From an uncultured Gemmatimonadales bacterium (lineage in GTDB: Bacteria; Gemmatimonadota; Gemmatimonadetes; Longimicrobiales; Gaopeijiaceae): a stretch of 64,000 nt of DNA. Made by a program: the position numbers and the translations under genes. The stretch lies in assembly GCA_963823035.1 (NCBI GenBank), contig CAWGKG010000018.1, forward strand, positions 256,001 through 320,000, written 5' to 3'. A model generated the notes under the pieces. That model was not told the origin of the DNA, searched no databases, and saw only the letters and a program-made list of their open reading frames with translations. This document shows positions 31,679 through 42,331 of the stretch, in pieces. The stretch's first letter is position 1, and each line of letters opens with the position of its first letter.

Positions 31679-33175
31679 GTGAGGATGAGGATCCGTGCAG
31701 GCGTGTGGGCCCTGTTGGGGCTGTTGGCCGCCTCGCCGTTGACGGCCCAGAACGTGCCCGACACGCTCACGCTCGACGAGGCCCTCGACATCGCCCGCAG
31801 CAACAACCCCACCTACCTGCGAGCGAGCAACGACCGCGAGCTGGCCGACTGGGACGTGCGGCAGGCCTACGGCCGGCTCCTCCCGTCGGCTTCGGCGAGC
31901 TCGTCGATGAGCTGGCAGGGCGCCGGAGAGCAGACGTTCGGTACGCTCACGCTCGGCGACCTGGGCTTCGGCAACCTCCCGTCGTACTACCTGTCGAGCT
32001 ACGGCGTGTCGGTGGCGATGAACCTGGACTGGAGCACGCTGCGCGGACCCGCGCAGGCCAAGGCACAGCGAGGCGCGACGGCGGCGCAGATCCGCGTCTC
32101 CGAGGCGACGCTCGTCACGCAGGTGACGCAGGCCTACCTCGAAGTGCTGCGGCAGCGAGAAGGGTTGCGTCTGGCCCAGCAGCAGCTCGAGAACGGTCGC
32201 TTCAACCTGCGCCTGGCGCAGGGCCGCCTCGAGGTGGGGTCGGCCACGCCGATCGACGTGGGGCAGGCCGAGGTCCAGGTCGGCCGTTCGGAGGTGGTGG
32301 TCCTCCAGGCCGAGAACGCGGTCGCCACGGCGCGCATGCGCCTCCTTCAGCGGCTCGGCGTCTCGGTGGGCCAGGACTTCGAGCTCGGCACGACGTTCCA
32401 GTTGGCAGAGCCCACCTGGACGGAGAACGAGCTCCTCGATGAGGCCTTGTCGACGAATCCGAACCTGGAGGCGAGCCGTCGGACGGAGGACGCGGCCTCG
32501 ATCGGAGTGAGCCAGGCGAAGGGCGCCTACTACCCCTCCCTCGCGCTCTCGACGGGGTGGAACGGGTTCACGCGCCAGGCAAGCAGCGTCGACTTCCAGG
32601 TCGCGCAAGCGAAGGCCCAGGTCGCCGGCCAGGTCGCGCAGTGCAACGCCACCAACGAGCTCTACTCGCGGTTGGCGGATCCGCTGCCGCTCAGCGACTG
32701 CACACGCTTCGCGTTCACCGACGCCGACCGCCAGGCCATCGTCGCCTCCAACAACCAGTTCCCCTTCGACTTCCAGCAGCAGCCCTTCAGCGTGGGGCTG
32801 AGGGTGAGCATCCCGATCTTCCAGGGGCTCAGCCGACAGCGGAACGTCGAGGCGGCGCGCCTTCAGCGGGAAGATGCGAGCCAGCAGCTCCGAGAGCAGG
32901 AGCTGTCGTTGCGTGCCGATCTCCGCATCGGCCTCGCCAACGTGCGCACGGCCTACCAGAGTGCGCTGCTCGAGCAGCGGAACCAGCAACTCGCGGAGCA
33001 GCAGCTACGGCTGGCCCGCGAGCGCTATCAGCTGGGCGCGATCACCTTCGTGGAGCTGGTGGACGCCCAGACCGTGCTGGCCCAGGCCGACCGCGATCGT
33101 ACGGCCGCCATCTTCGCGTACCACGACGCCGTCTCGACCCTCGAGGCGCTCGTCGGGGCTCCTCTCCGCAACTGA
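31679..33175 (+). CDS. Outer membrane efflux protein, TolC family
   Basis: Signal peptide, LTLDEAL..A..NNP, duplicated OEP repeats, RERYQLG..TFVELVDAQ. Confidence 0.92.
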   Translation: MRMRIRAGVWALLGLLAASPLTAQNVPDTLTLDEALDIARSNNPTYLRASNDRELADWDVRQAYGRLLPSASASSSMSWQGAGEQTFGTLTLGDLGFGNLPSYYLSSYGVSVAMNLDWSTLRGPAQAKAQRGATAAQIRVSEATLVTQVTQAYLEVLRQREGLRLAQQQLENGRFNLRLAQGRLEVGSATPIDVGQAEVQVGRSEVVVLQAENAVATARMRLLQRLGVSVGQDFELGTTFQLAEPTWTENELLDEALSTNPNLEASRRTEDAASIGVSQAKGAYYPSLALSTGWNGFTRQASSVDFQVAQAKAQVAGQVAQCNATNELYSRLADPLPLSDCTRFAFTDADRQAIVASNNQFPFDFQQQPFSVGLRVSIPIFQGLSRQRNVEAARLQREDASQQLREQELSLRADLRIGLANVRTAYQSALLEQRNQQLAEQQLRLARERYQLGAITFVELVDAQTVLAQADRDRTAAIFAYHDAVSTLEALVGAPLRN

Positions 33176-33188
33176 CCGGACATAGAGC

Positions 33189-34469
33189 ATGCAGACCCGA
33201 ACGAAGGTCATCCTGGGCATCCTCGTGGTGGCGGTGCTCGCCTCAGCCGCCGCGCTGAGCGTGGCGAAGTCGCGCGACAAGGGCGCCGAGGTCCGGATGG
33301 AGGCCGTGAAGCGACGCGACCTGGTGGAGATCGTCACGGCGAGCGGCAACATCCGGGCGCGCAAGGCGGTCGAGCTGAGCTCGGACATCTCGGCGAGGGT
33401 GGCGGAGATGCTCGTGGACGAGGGCGAGGACGTGCACCAGGGTCAGATCCTCATGCGGCTCGATCCCGCCCAGTACCAGGCGGGCGTGTCGCGCTCCCAG
33501 GCCATGCTCTCCCAGGCGAAGGCCGCGCAGGCGCAGCAGCAGGCCAACCTCCTGCGTGCGCAGCGCGACCTCGACCGCATGCTCTCTCTGAGGTCGCGGG
33601 ACTCGCTCCTGGTCAGCACCCAGCAGGTGGACGACGCGCAGACCGGTATGGACGTCGCCGAGGCCCAGTTGCGGTCGGCGGAGTTCGGCGTGTCGCAGGC
33701 GCAGGCGTCCCTGGACGAGGCCGAGGACCGCCTGTCGAAGACCATCATCCGGGCACCGATGGACGGAAAGGTCACGAGGCTCAACGTCGAGCAGGGCGAG
33801 ACCGTCATCATCGGCACCATGAACAACCCGGGCAGCCTCATCCTCGCGATCTCGGATCTGTCGGTGATCGAGGTCGTGGTGCAGGTCGACGAGACCGACG
33901 TGCCGGAGATCTCCCTGGGCGATTCGGCGGCGGTACGCATCGACGCCTTCCCCGACAGCACCTTTTCCGGGCGCGTGACCGAGATCGGCAACTCCGCGAT
34001 CCGTCCGCCTTCGCAGCAGACCTCCGGTCAGCAGGCGGCGATCGACTTCGAGGTCGTGATCACGCTCGACCCGACCGAGGCGACCCTCCGCCCGGACCTG
34101 TCGGCCACGGCGGACATCGTCACCGAGACGCGCGCAGATGCGCTCGCCGTGCCGATCATCGCGCTCACGGTGCGCGAGAAGCCGGACTCGACGAAGGCGG
34201 ATTCGACGGGTGCGGCGCAACCCGCTCGGGCTTCGATGTCGGGGAGCGAAGAGGCCGAGGACGAGGAGGGCGTGTTCGTGGTGCACGATGGGAAAGTGAC
34301 CTTCGAGCCGGTGAAGGTGGGCATCGCCGGGCAGGAGTACTTCGAGGTGCTCTCCGGGCTGTCCGAGGGGGACACCGTCGTGGCCGGGCCCTACCAGCGC
34401 ATCCGGCAACTCAAGGACGGGGACGCCGTGAAGGAGTCCGAGGGTCCCGACACCCCACCCACCGGCTGA
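33189..34469 (+). CDS. Periplasmic adaptor (MFP), MacA-like
   Basis: N-terminal TM, lipoyl-like halves VDEGEDVHQGQ / IRAPMDGKV..VEQGE, VDETDV, GLSEGDTVV. Confidence 0.92.
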   Translation: MQTRTKVILGILVVAVLASAAALSVAKSRDKGAEVRMEAVKRRDLVEIVTASGNIRARKAVELSSDISARVAEMLVDEGEDVHQGQILMRLDPAQYQAGVSRSQAMLSQAKAAQAQQQANLLRAQRDLDRMLSLRSRDSLLVSTQQVDDAQTGMDVAEAQLRSAEFGVSQAQASLDEAEDRLSKTIIRAPMDGKVTRLNVEQGETVIIGTMNNPGSLILAISDLSVIEVVVQVDETDVPEISLGDSAAVRIDAFPDSTFSGRVTEIGNSAIRPPSQQTSGQQAAIDFEVVITLDPTEATLRPDLSATADIVTETRADALAVPIIALTVREKPDSTKADSTGAAQPARASMSGSEEAEDEEGVFVVHDGKVTFEPVKVGIAGQEYFEVLSGLSEGDTVVAGPYQRIRQLKDGDAVKESEGPDTPPTG

Positions 34470-34479
34470 CGGATCGGTC

Positions 34480-35721
34480 ATGCAACTCTGGGAGGGGGTG
34501 GTCCTCGCGTTCGAGCAGATCAGGACGCAGAAGCTCAAGAGCTTCTTCAGCCTGCTCGGCGTGATCCTCGGCGTCATGTTCCTCCTCGTCGTGGTGACGG
34601 TGGTGGAGGGACTCGACCGCTACATCCGCGAGGACTTCACCGCCCAGATCTTCGGCATCAACACGGTGACCGTCCGCCGCTGGCAGAGCGTCAGCATCAA
34701 CACGGATCCGGAGGAGTGGCGGGCCCGGATGCGCCGCCCGCGCATCGACTACGCGGACGCCGACGAGATCCGCCGACAGCTCACCGTCCCCGCCCGGGTC
34801 GCGGTGGAGAGCGGGACGGGGAGCGACGGTGTCGGCGACAACGGGCGCTCGGCCACGGGGATCCAGGTGACCGGCGCCTCGCCGGAGATCTTCGTGATCC
34901 GTGACTGGACCATCGCCCGTGGCCGCGCGTTCACCCCCCAGGAAGCCAACGCCGGCGTGCCGGTCATCGTGATCGGGTCGGAGACCGCCGAGGTGATCTT
35001 CCCGAACGTCGATCCGATCGGTCGAACGATCCGCCTCCGCGGCTTCCCGTACCGAGTGATCGGTGTGCTGGAAGAGCGGGGCTCGCTGTTCGGCCAGTCG
35101 CTCGACAATCAGGTGGTCGCGCCGGCCCGCTCGCCGATCCAGTCGTTCACGAACCCTCGCGGCATCGTGGACCAGATCATCATCCAGACGCTGGACCCGG
35201 ATCGGCTGCGCGACGCCCAAGCCGAGGTGGAGGGTATCATGCGCATCCGCCACCGCCTGCGCCCCGGCGAAGAGAACGACTTCGCCGTCGAAACCGCGGA
35301 GGAGGCGATCAGCTTCTGGAACAAGATCTCGAAGATCCTCTTCACCGCACTGCCCATGCTCGTCGCGATCTCCGTGGTCGTGGGTGGGATCGTGATCATG
35401 AACATCATGCTCGTGTCGGTGATGGAGCGGACGCGTGAGATCGGCGTGCGCAAGGCCATCGGGGCGCGCCGACGCGACATCCTCACGCAGGTGCTCATCG
35501 AGTCTGCCACGCTGTCGACGGTGGGCGGCGCCTTCGGCGTCGTGGTCGGCATCGCCGTCGCCTTTCTGATCGCGGCCGTCTCCCCCATGCCCGCCGCGGT
35601 GAGCCCCTTGTGGGCCACGGTCGGCGTCGGTCTGGGCATGACCGTCGGCGTGATCGCCGGCGTGTATCCCGCCTGGCGGGCCTCGAAGCTCGATCCCGTG
35701 GACGCGTTGCGCTATGAATGA
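34480..35721 (+). CDS. ABC transporter permease, MacB/FtsX-like
   Basis: GGIVIMNIMLVSVMERTREIGVRKAIGA, YPAWRASKLDPVDALRYE. Confidence 0.93.
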   Translation: MQLWEGVVLAFEQIRTQKLKSFFSLLGVILGVMFLLVVVTVVEGLDRYIREDFTAQIFGINTVTVRRWQSVSINTDPEEWRARMRRPRIDYADADEIRRQLTVPARVAVESGTGSDGVGDNGRSATGIQVTGASPEIFVIRDWTIARGRAFTPQEANAGVPVIVIGSETAEVIFPNVDPIGRTIRLRGFPYRVIGVLEERGSLFGQSLDNQVVAPARSPIQSFTNPRGIVDQIIIQTLDPDRLRDAQAEVEGIMRIRHRLRPGEENDFAVETAEEAISFWNKISKILFTALPMLVAISVVVGGIVIMNIMLVSVMERTREIGVRKAIGARRRDILTQVLIESATLSTVGGAFGVVVGIAVAFLIAAVSPMPAAVSPLWATVGVGLGMTVGVIAGVYPAWRASKLDPVDALRYE

Positions 35722-37003
35722 CGAGGGGCGGAGGGAGGGGAACGCCGGGCTTACCGCGCTGGGCGAGGGGCTCCTGATCGCCTTCGAGGCGATCAGCGCG
35801 AACAAGATCCGCGCGAGCCTGACGATCCTGGGGGTGGCGGTAGGCGTCTCCGTGGTGGTCGCGATGGCCGCGCTCATCACGGGCTTCCGCACGAGCATGT
35901 CGCAGGCCTTCGAGTCGGCGGGCCCCAACAACTTCATGGTCACCCGCTTCGACTTCACCGCGGTCCGTTCCGCGGACGACGGCAACGACCGGCCGCCGTG
36001 GTGGAACAAGCCCGAGATCGAGCCGCGGGAGGCGGAGCGGATCGCCGCAATGCCCGCGATCGACGAAGCGCTCTTCAACTTCAGCTTCTCGGTCGACTTC
36101 GACTTCGAGGGCCGGCGCGTCCGCAACGTGCAGTCGCAGGGCTACTCCGCCGGATGGCCGAAGTACACCCAGGGCGACTTCATCGCGGGGCGGGACTTCA
36201 CCCCCGCCGAGGTGCGGCAGAATCGGGCGCTGGTGGTGTTGTCCGACTCCCTCGCGATCGAGCTCTTCGGCCAGCGCGACCCCATCGGGCGCCGCGTCCG
36301 GGTGGGCAACGTCTTCCGCGGCACGCAGGAGTCGTTCACGGTCGTAGGGGTCTTCGCACCCGAACCGAACGTCTTCTCGAGCTTCGTGAAGCACTTCGCG
36401 ATCTTCCCCTACACCTCGGCGGAGCGCCGCCTGCGGCAATCCGCCTGGCAGGCGCAGATTCTCGTGGTGCCGAAGGACTCCGTCACGATGGTCGCGGCGC
36501 AGGACGAGGTGATCGCGGCGCTGCGCGGCATGCGCGGCCTCGGCCCGCGGGAGGAGAACAACTTCGCGCTCATCGCGTCGCGACAGCTCCTGGAGCTCTT
36601 CGACCGCCTGACCGGAGTGATCTTCATGGTCATGCTGGCGCTCTCCTCCGCCGGCCTCCTCGTGGGCGGCGTGGGCGTGATCGGGATCATGCTCATCAGC
36701 GTCACCGAGCGGACGCGCGAGATCGGCGTGCGCAAGGCGGTGGGTGCGACGCGCCGGGAGATCCTCTGGCAGTTCCTCGTGGAGGCGTCCGTGCTCACGG
36801 CCCTCGGTGCCGCCGGAGGGATGCTGATCGGGTGGGGGCTCGCCACGCTGGTCTCGGTGCTCACGCCGCTGCCGGCGCGCATCCCCGTCTGGGCGGTGGG
36901 CACGGCGCTCGCCATGGCGGCGCTCACGGGAATGCTCTTCGGGCTGCTGCCCGCCTACCGCGCCAGCCGGCTCGATCCGGTCGTGGCGCTCCGCTTCGAG
37001 TGA
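35714..37003 (+). CDS. ABC transporter permease, MacB/FtsX-like (second paralog)
   Basis: NKIRASLTILG, SVTERTREIGVRKAVGA, PAYRASRLDPVVALRFE. Confidence 0.93.
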   Translation: MNDEGRREGNAGLTALGEGLLIAFEAISANKIRASLTILGVAVGVSVVVAMAALITGFRTSMSQAFESAGPNNFMVTRFDFTAVRSADDGNDRPPWWNKPEIEPREAERIAAMPAIDEALFNFSFSVDFDFEGRRVRNVQSQGYSAGWPKYTQGDFIAGRDFTPAEVRQNRALVVLSDSLAIELFGQRDPIGRRVRVGNVFRGTQESFTVVGVFAPEPNVFSSFVKHFAIFPYTSAERRLRQSAWQAQILVVPKDSVTMVAAQDEVIAALRGMRGLGPREENNFALIASRQLLELFDRLTGVIFMVMLALSSAGLLVGGVGVIGIMLISVTERTREIGVRKAVGATRREILWQFLVEASVLTALGAAGGMLIGWGLATLVSVLTPLPARIPVWAVGTALAMAALTGMLFGLLPAYRASRLDPVVALRFE

Positions 37004-37019
37004 CGGTCCAGCCCCGACC

Positions 37020-37748
37020 ATGACCTCACCTCCCCTCGACGTCCTCGCCGTCTTCGCACACCCCGACGACGCCGAGCTCCTGTGCGGCGGTGCGCTCGCC
37101 AAGAGCAGCGACGCGGGGCAACGCGTCGGCATCCTCGACCTGACGGCGGGCGAGATGGGCAGCCAGGGCACCCCCGAGCTGCGCGCCGAGGAAGCGGCGA
37201 AGGCCGCCGCGATCCTCGGGGTGGGCCTGCGCCGGTGCCTGGGACTCCCCGACTCGCGTCTGGAGAACACGCACGACGTCCGGGCCGCGGTCGCTGGAGT
37301 GCTCCGCGAGCTCCGCCCCCGCATCGTCGTGACGCATTGGAAGGTGGGGCGCCACCGCGACCATCGGCTCGCCTCCGAGATCGTCCGCGACGCCTGCTTC
37401 CTCTCGGCGCTCCGCAGGCTCGACGCCCCGGGCGAGCCGTTCCGGCCGCACAAGCTCGTCTACGCCACGGCCTTCCGCGAGGACGCCGATCCGCCGTCGT
37501 TCGTGATCGACGTCACGGCCCAGATGGATCGGAAGATCCGCGCGCTGGCCGCGTACGCGTCGCAGTTCACGGACAAGACGCAGGCGGGCGAGGTCTTCCC
37601 CGGCGGCGACCGCCCGCTCCTCGATCAGATCCGGGCGAAGGCGGCTGGCGACGGCTCACGCATCCGCGCGGCCTACGGGGAGCCCTTCCGCATCGACGAG
37701 ACGATGGCGGTAGCGACGCTGGGCGCGTTGGAGGTGGCGGGGCTCTAG
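37020..37748 (+). CDS. bshB1: PIG-L family deacetylase, bacillithiol biosynthesis BshB1-like
   Basis: AHPDDAEL, GILDLTAGEMGSQGT..R..E, RHRDH, YASQF, YGEPF. Confidence 0.8.
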   Translation: MTSPPLDVLAVFAHPDDAELLCGGALAKSSDAGQRVGILDLTAGEMGSQGTPELRAEEAAKAAAILGVGLRRCLGLPDSRLENTHDVRAAVAGVLRELRPRIVVTHWKVGRHRDHRLASEIVRDACFLSALRRLDAPGEPFRPHKLVYATAFREDADPPSFVIDVTAQMDRKIRALAAYASQFTDKTQAGEVFPGGDRPLLDQIRAKAAGDGSRIRAAYGEPFRIDETMAVATLGALEVAGL

Positions 37749-38083
37749 CCCCGACACGCCACCTCGATCAGGACGCGCCGCCACGACGGCACGTCGTGCC
37801 CGTGGACGCGCACGGCCACGGCGTCGGCGTGCCCGCCGCGGCTCATCCACGGCCAGAGCCAGTCGCCGATCTCCGGGGGGAGATGGCCGATCGGCTCGCC
37901 CGTCGCCAGGTGCACCCACACCTCGGGATCGTCCTGGCCGGGCGGATCGGCGACCAGGCGGATCGCGTCGCCTTCCCGGATGGCGTCCACATGTCGGTCC
38001 CTCCCGGCGAAGACGGTCCCGTGGACGGTCGCGCGGAAGGAGGTCGGTCGTCCGTCGGGGAACGATGGCGGAAGCTGGATCAT
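37745..38083 (-). CDS. Standalone HIRAN-like domain protein
   Basis: VHGTVFAGR, GDAIRLVADP...DP.VWV....EPIGHLP; 112 aa, C-terminal part of ORF 37745..38833. Confidence 0.65.
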   Translation of the reverse strand: MIQLPPSFPDGRPTSFRATVHGTVFAGRDRHVDAIREGDAIRLVADPPGQDDPEVWVHLATGEPIGHLPPEIGDWLWPWMSRGGHADAVAVRVHGHDVPSWRRVLIEVACRG

Positions 38084-38221
38084 CCCCGAAAGCTCGGGAG
38101 CCCCGCGGCACTTCGCCACCCGTGCGCGGATCCGCGCAGCCCGGATTCGGTAGTAGAGCGTCGGCCGGCCCGAACGGGCCTCCCCTCGAGCGCCCCTACC
38201 TCCCGGCGGGATCAACCCTCC

Positions 38222-39391
38222 ATGGACCCCATCTACCTCGACCACGCCGCCACCACCCCCGTGCGGGCGGAGGTGCGCGCCGCGATGGCGCCGTTCCTCG
38301 ACGGCGTCTTCGGCAACCCCTCCTCCACCCACCGGTGGGGGCGCGAGGCGTCCGCCGCGCTCGAGGAGGCGCGCGCAGCGTGCGCCGGTCACATCGGTGC
38401 GAAGGCGTCCGAGATCCACTTCGTGCGGGGGGGCACCGAGTCGGACAACCTCGCCGTGGCCGGTCGGGCGCGCTGGCTGCGCGGCGAGGGGCGGACGCCC
38501 ACGGTCGTCGTGACGGCGGTCGAGCACCACGCCGTGCTCGACGCGGCCCGCCACGCCACGGCGCGCGGGGCGGGACGCCTCGTGACTCTGGGGGTCGGCA
38601 CCGACGGCTCCGTCGACCTCGACGCGCTGGACCGCGCCCTCGCGGAGGGCGCGGGCGTCGTCTCGATGATGTGGGTCAACAACGAGACGGGCATGGTGCT
38701 GCCCGTTCCCGAAGCCGCGGCCCGTGTGACCGGGGCCGACGCGGTCCTGCATACCGACGCCGTTCAGGCCGTCGGCAAGATGCCCGTCCGCGTCGACGAG
38801 GTGCCGGTCGACCTCCTCACGCTCACCGGACACAAGATCTACGGTCCGAAGGGGACCGGCCTCCTCTTCGCGCGGTCCGGCACGGCCGTCTCACCCCTCC
38901 TCCACGGGGGCGGACAGGAGCGTGGCCTGCGGCCCGGCACCGAGGACGTGGCCGGGGCCGTGGGGTTGGCGGTCGCCCTCCGGCTGGCCGTCGAAGAGCG
39001 CGAGGCCGAGGTGGGGCGCCTGCGAGCGCTGCGCGACGGCCTGGAGGCCGCCATGAGGGCCCGCGTGGGCGGATCCAGGGTCAACTGCGGGGAGGCGCTC
39101 CGCGCGCCGCACGTGGCCAGCCTGGCGTTTTCCGACGTGGACGGACAGGCACTCCTCATGGCGTTGGACCTGGAAGGGATCGCCGCATCGGGCGGCTCGG
39201 CCTGTGACAGCGGCGCGCAGAGGGGAAGCCACGTCATCGCCGCCCTCTACGGGGAGGACGACCGACACGCGATCGTCCGCTTCTCCCTCGGGAGGAGCAC
39301 CTCGCGGGCCGACGTCGAGCGCGCCGTCGACGTAACCGCGGCCGTGGTGGATCGCGTACGCACGGGCGCGCGGACGGAGGCGCACGCGTGA
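38222..39391 (+). CDS. iscS: Cysteine desulfurase (IscS/NifS group I)
   Basis: IYLDHAATTP, GNPSS.H, NNETG, HTDAVQ, GHKIYGPKG, SGGSAC; adjacent to mnmA. Confidence 0.9.
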   Translation: MDPIYLDHAATTPVRAEVRAAMAPFLDGVFGNPSSTHRWGREASAALEEARAACAGHIGAKASEIHFVRGGTESDNLAVAGRARWLRGEGRTPTVVVTAVEHHAVLDAARHATARGAGRLVTLGVGTDGSVDLDALDRALAEGAGVVSMMWVNNETGMVLPVPEAAARVTGADAVLHTDAVQAVGKMPVRVDEVPVDLLTLTGHKIYGPKGTGLLFARSGTAVSPLLHGGGQERGLRPGTEDVAGAVGLAVALRLAVEEREAEVGRLRALRDGLEAAMRARVGGSRVNCGEALRAPHVASLAFSDVDGQALLMALDLEGIAASGGSACDSGAQRGSHVIAALYGEDDRHAIVRFSLGRSTSRADVERAVDVTAAVVDRVRTGARTEAHA

Positions 39392-40479
39392 GCCGCATGC
39401 TCGTGGCGATGTCCGGGGGCGTGGACTCCTCGGTCGCGGCGGCCCTCCTGGTCGAGGAGGGGCACGAGGTGGTGGGCGTCACGATGAAGACGTTCTGCTA
39501 CTCGGAGGCGCCCGGCCACGGCCGTACCTGCTGCGGGCTCGACGGGATCGCGGACGCGCGGCGGGTCGCCGTGGCGCTGGGGATCCCGCACTACGTCTTC
39601 GACGTCGAGGAGGAGTTCACCCGCGACGTCATCGACGACTTCGTGTCCGAGTACGCCCAGGGGCGTACGCCGAACCCCTGCGTACGCTGCAACAGCAACA
39701 CGAAGTTCCGCGACCTCCTGGCCCGCGGCCGCGCCCTCGGCTGCGACGCGATCGCCTCCGGTCACTACGTCCGCTCCCGCCACGGACCGGACGGCTCGGC
39801 GCTGCTGCGTGGGCTCGATCCCGCCAAGGACCAGAGCTACTTCCTCTGGGGGCTTCCGCGCACGATGCTCCCCCTCCTGCACTTCCCGCTCGGCGCGCTG
39901 AGGAAGCCCGAGGTGCGGGCCCGGGCACGCGCCCTGGAGCTGGCCACGGCCGACAAGCCGGAGTCGCAGGAGATCTGCTTCGTCCCCACGGGGGACTACC
40001 GCGACCTCCTGGACAAGCGGCTGGGGCCGCGTCACCCGGCGCTCGAGCCCGGGGCCATCGTGGACCGCGCCGGGAACGAGCTCGGCCGGCACGAGGGCTA
40101 CGCGGGGTTCACCGTCGGGCAGCGACGCGGCCTGGGCGGCGGCTTCGCCGAGCCGATGTTCGTGCTCGAGATCCGCCCGGGGACCCGGGAGGTGGTGGTG
40201 GGGCCGCGCGACCAGCTCGGCGCCGACGGGGTGGAGGTCGGGGAGCTGAACTGGCTGACCGATCCGCCGGCCGAGGGCGCCCGCGTGCGCGTCCAGCTGC
40301 GCTATCGAGCCCCCGACGTGGCCGCGCGCGTGGCGCGGTGCGGGGAGTTCCTGGAGCTGGAGCTGGACCGGCCGGTCGCGGCGGTCACCCCCGGGCAGTC
40401 GGCCGTGGTCTTCGATGGCGACCGCGTGCTCGGCGGCGGACGCATCGTGCGCGCCGCCCGCCTCGCCGTGCCGGGCTGA
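39388..40479 (+). CDS. mnmA: tRNA 2-thiouridine synthase
   Basis: AMSGGVDSS, TPNPCVRCN, KDQSYFL, ESQEICF, TVGQRRGL, TPGQSAV. Confidence 0.97.
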   Translation: MSRMLVAMSGGVDSSVAAALLVEEGHEVVGVTMKTFCYSEAPGHGRTCCGLDGIADARRVAVALGIPHYVFDVEEEFTRDVIDDFVSEYAQGRTPNPCVRCNSNTKFRDLLARGRALGCDAIASGHYVRSRHGPDGSALLRGLDPAKDQSYFLWGLPRTMLPLLHFPLGALRKPEVRARARALELATADKPESQEICFVPTGDYRDLLDKRLGPRHPALEPGAIVDRAGNELGRHEGYAGFTVGQRRGLGGGFAEPMFVLEIRPGTREVVVGPRDQLGADGVEVGELNWLTDPPAEGARVRVQLRYRAPDVAARVARCGEFLELELDRPVAAVTPGQSAVVFDGDRVLGGGRIVRAARLAVPG

Positions 40480-40503
40480 GCGGGACGCCGTCGGGCCGCG
40501 ACG

Positions 40504-41649
40504 TCAGTGCTTCAGGCCGGTCGCCTGGGCGAACTCCTCCATCGCCCGGGCCTCCTCCTCGCTCAACTCGTCGGGCACCTCGATGCGGGCCTCCACGTAC
40601 TGGTCTCCGATGCGGTCGCCCTTCTCGATCCCCTGGCCGCGGATGCGGAACCTCGTGCCCGTCTGCGTCCCGCGTGGGATCCTGAGCACGACCTTCTTCC
40701 CGTGCACGGTACCCACGCGGATCTTCGAGCCGAGCGTGGCCTGCACGATGTTGATCGGCACCGTGACGTGGATGTCGAGCCCCTCCCGCCGGTAGAAACG
40801 GTGCGGCTGGACCTTGAAGGTGATGACGAGGTCGCCCGGAGTGCCTCCGCCGCGTCCTCGCTCCCCCTGGCCCGAGAGACGCACCTTCGACCCGGTCTCC
40901 ACGCCGCTCGGGACGCCGATCTGGATCTTCCGGCTCTGGCGCACCGAGCCACGCCCGTCGCACGCCGGACAAGGCGTCTCCGGGATCTTCCCGCGCCCGA
41001 AGCACGCCGGACACGGCCGCTTCACGGCGAAGCCGCCCTGTCCGAAGGAGACGTGGCCCGTGCCCCCGCACTCCGTGCACGTGCGCAGCTGCGTCCCCGG
41101 CTTGGCCCCCGAGCCGTGGCAGGTCGCGCACTCCTCGGTAATGGCCACGTCCACGGAGATCTTCCCGCCGCGCGCCGCCGTCAGGAAGGGGATCTCGACC
41201 ACGTACTCGACGTTCTGGCCCTTTTCGGGCCCCTGCCGGCGAGGCCCCCCCTGCGCCCCCTTCTTCCCCAGGTCGAAGAGCGAGCTGAAGAGGTCCGAAA
41301 TGTTGCCGAACCCGCCCTGGAGGTCGTCGAAGGAGAAGCCCGGATCCGACGGAGATCCCCCGGGGGCGCCGCCGCGCGGGCGCGCACCGCCCGTCGGCCC
41401 GCCACGCCCGAAGCCACCGAACGCTCCCAGGCGGCGCATCTGATCGTACTGCTTTCGCTTGTCGGCGTCGGAGAGGACCGAGTAGGCCTCACCGATCTCC
41501 TTGAAGCGCTCGCCCGCACGGGGATCGTTCGGGCTGGCGTCCGGATGGTACTGCTTCGCGAGCTTCCGGTACGCCTTCTTGATCTCGTCCGGCTTGGCCT
41601 TCTCCGAGACGCCCAGGACCTCGTAGAAATCCTTGTTCGCCGCCGCCAT
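40504..41649 (-). CDS. dnaJ: Chaperone DnaJ
   Basis: J domain with HPD, G/F region, four CxxCxGxG repeats. Confidence 0.96.
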   Translation of the reverse strand: MAAANKDFYEVLGVSEKAKPDEIKKAYRKLAKQYHPDASPNDPRAGERFKEIGEAYSVLSDADKRKQYDQMRRLGAFGGFGRGGPTGGARPRGGAPGGSPSDPGFSFDDLQGGFGNISDLFSSLFDLGKKGAQGGPRRQGPEKGQNVEYVVEIPFLTAARGGKISVDVAITEECATCHGSGAKPGTQLRTCTECGGTGHVSFGQGGFAVKRPCPACFGRGKIPETPCPACDGRGSVRQSRKIQIGVPSGVETGSKVRLSGQGERGRGGGTPGDLVITFKVQPHRFYRREGLDIHVTVPINIVQATLGSKIRVGTVHGKKVVLRIPRGTQTGTRFRIRGQGIEKGDRIGDQYVEARIEVPDELSEEEARAMEEFAQATGLKH

Positions 41650-41665
41650 CTTCGCCGCCCGCCCC

Positions 41666-42331
41666 TCAGCCGTGCTTGTGGACGCTCACCCGGGCCGGCC
41701 GGATGAGGTTGCCGTCGAGCGCGTACCCCTTCTGGAAGACCTGCGCGACGCGATCGTCGTCGTCCTCGGACTCGGCCGGCACGCGCAGCATGGCCTCCAT
41801 GGTCTCGGGGTTGAAGCGCTCGCCCACCGGGTCGAGCATCTCGACGCCCGCGTCGGCGAGCATGCGGAGGAACTTCCGCTCCACCAGGTCGATGCCCTCC
41901 ATGATACCTTCGACCGTGGCGTTGGTCAGGTCGAGGCCCGCCACCCGCTGCAGGTCGTCCAGGACGTCGACGAACTTCCCGACGATCTCGGCTTGCGCGC
42001 GCCCCCAGACGTCGCGACGCTCGGCGTCGACGCGCCTCCGGTAGTTGTTGAACTCCGCCGCCAGCCGCAGGTGCCGGTCGTTGAGCCCCTCGAACTCCTC
42101 GCGCAGCTCGAGCAGCTCCTGGTCGAGCGTCTCGCCCGTGCGGATTTCCGCGCCCGACCCCTCGTCGAGGGGGTCGTCATCCGGATCGTCCGCCGCATCC
42201 GTGTCGACCTCCGACCCGGCCTGAACCGGAGCGGGGTCGCCCTGGTGCGGGCCTCCTCCGGCCGACGCTTCCGCGGCGGCAATGTCCTCGATGGGCTCCA
42301 GGTCGTCCGTCCTCGATGGGGAATCCGTCAT
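41666..42331 (-). CDS. grpE: Nucleotide exchange factor GrpE
   Basis: [25 protein letters not shown]...LIRPARVSV; own ATG at 42331. Confidence 0.93.
   Translation of the reverse strand: MTDSPSRTDDLEPIEDIAAAEASAGGGPHQGDPAPVQAGSEVDTDAADDPDDDPLDEGSGAEIRTGETLDQELLELREEFEGLNDRHLRLAAEFNNYRRRVDAERRDVWGRAQAEIVGKFVDVLDDLQRVAGLDLTNATVEGIMEGIDLVERKFLRMLADAGVEMLDPVGERFNPETMEAMLRVPAESEDDDDRVAQVFQKGYALDGNLIRPARVSVHKHG

Noticed and set aside
37082..39391. 769-aa ORF extending iscS upstream
   Set aside because: The extension overlaps bshB1 out of frame and the HIRAN-like gene on the other strand; the IscS homology starts at ATG 38222.
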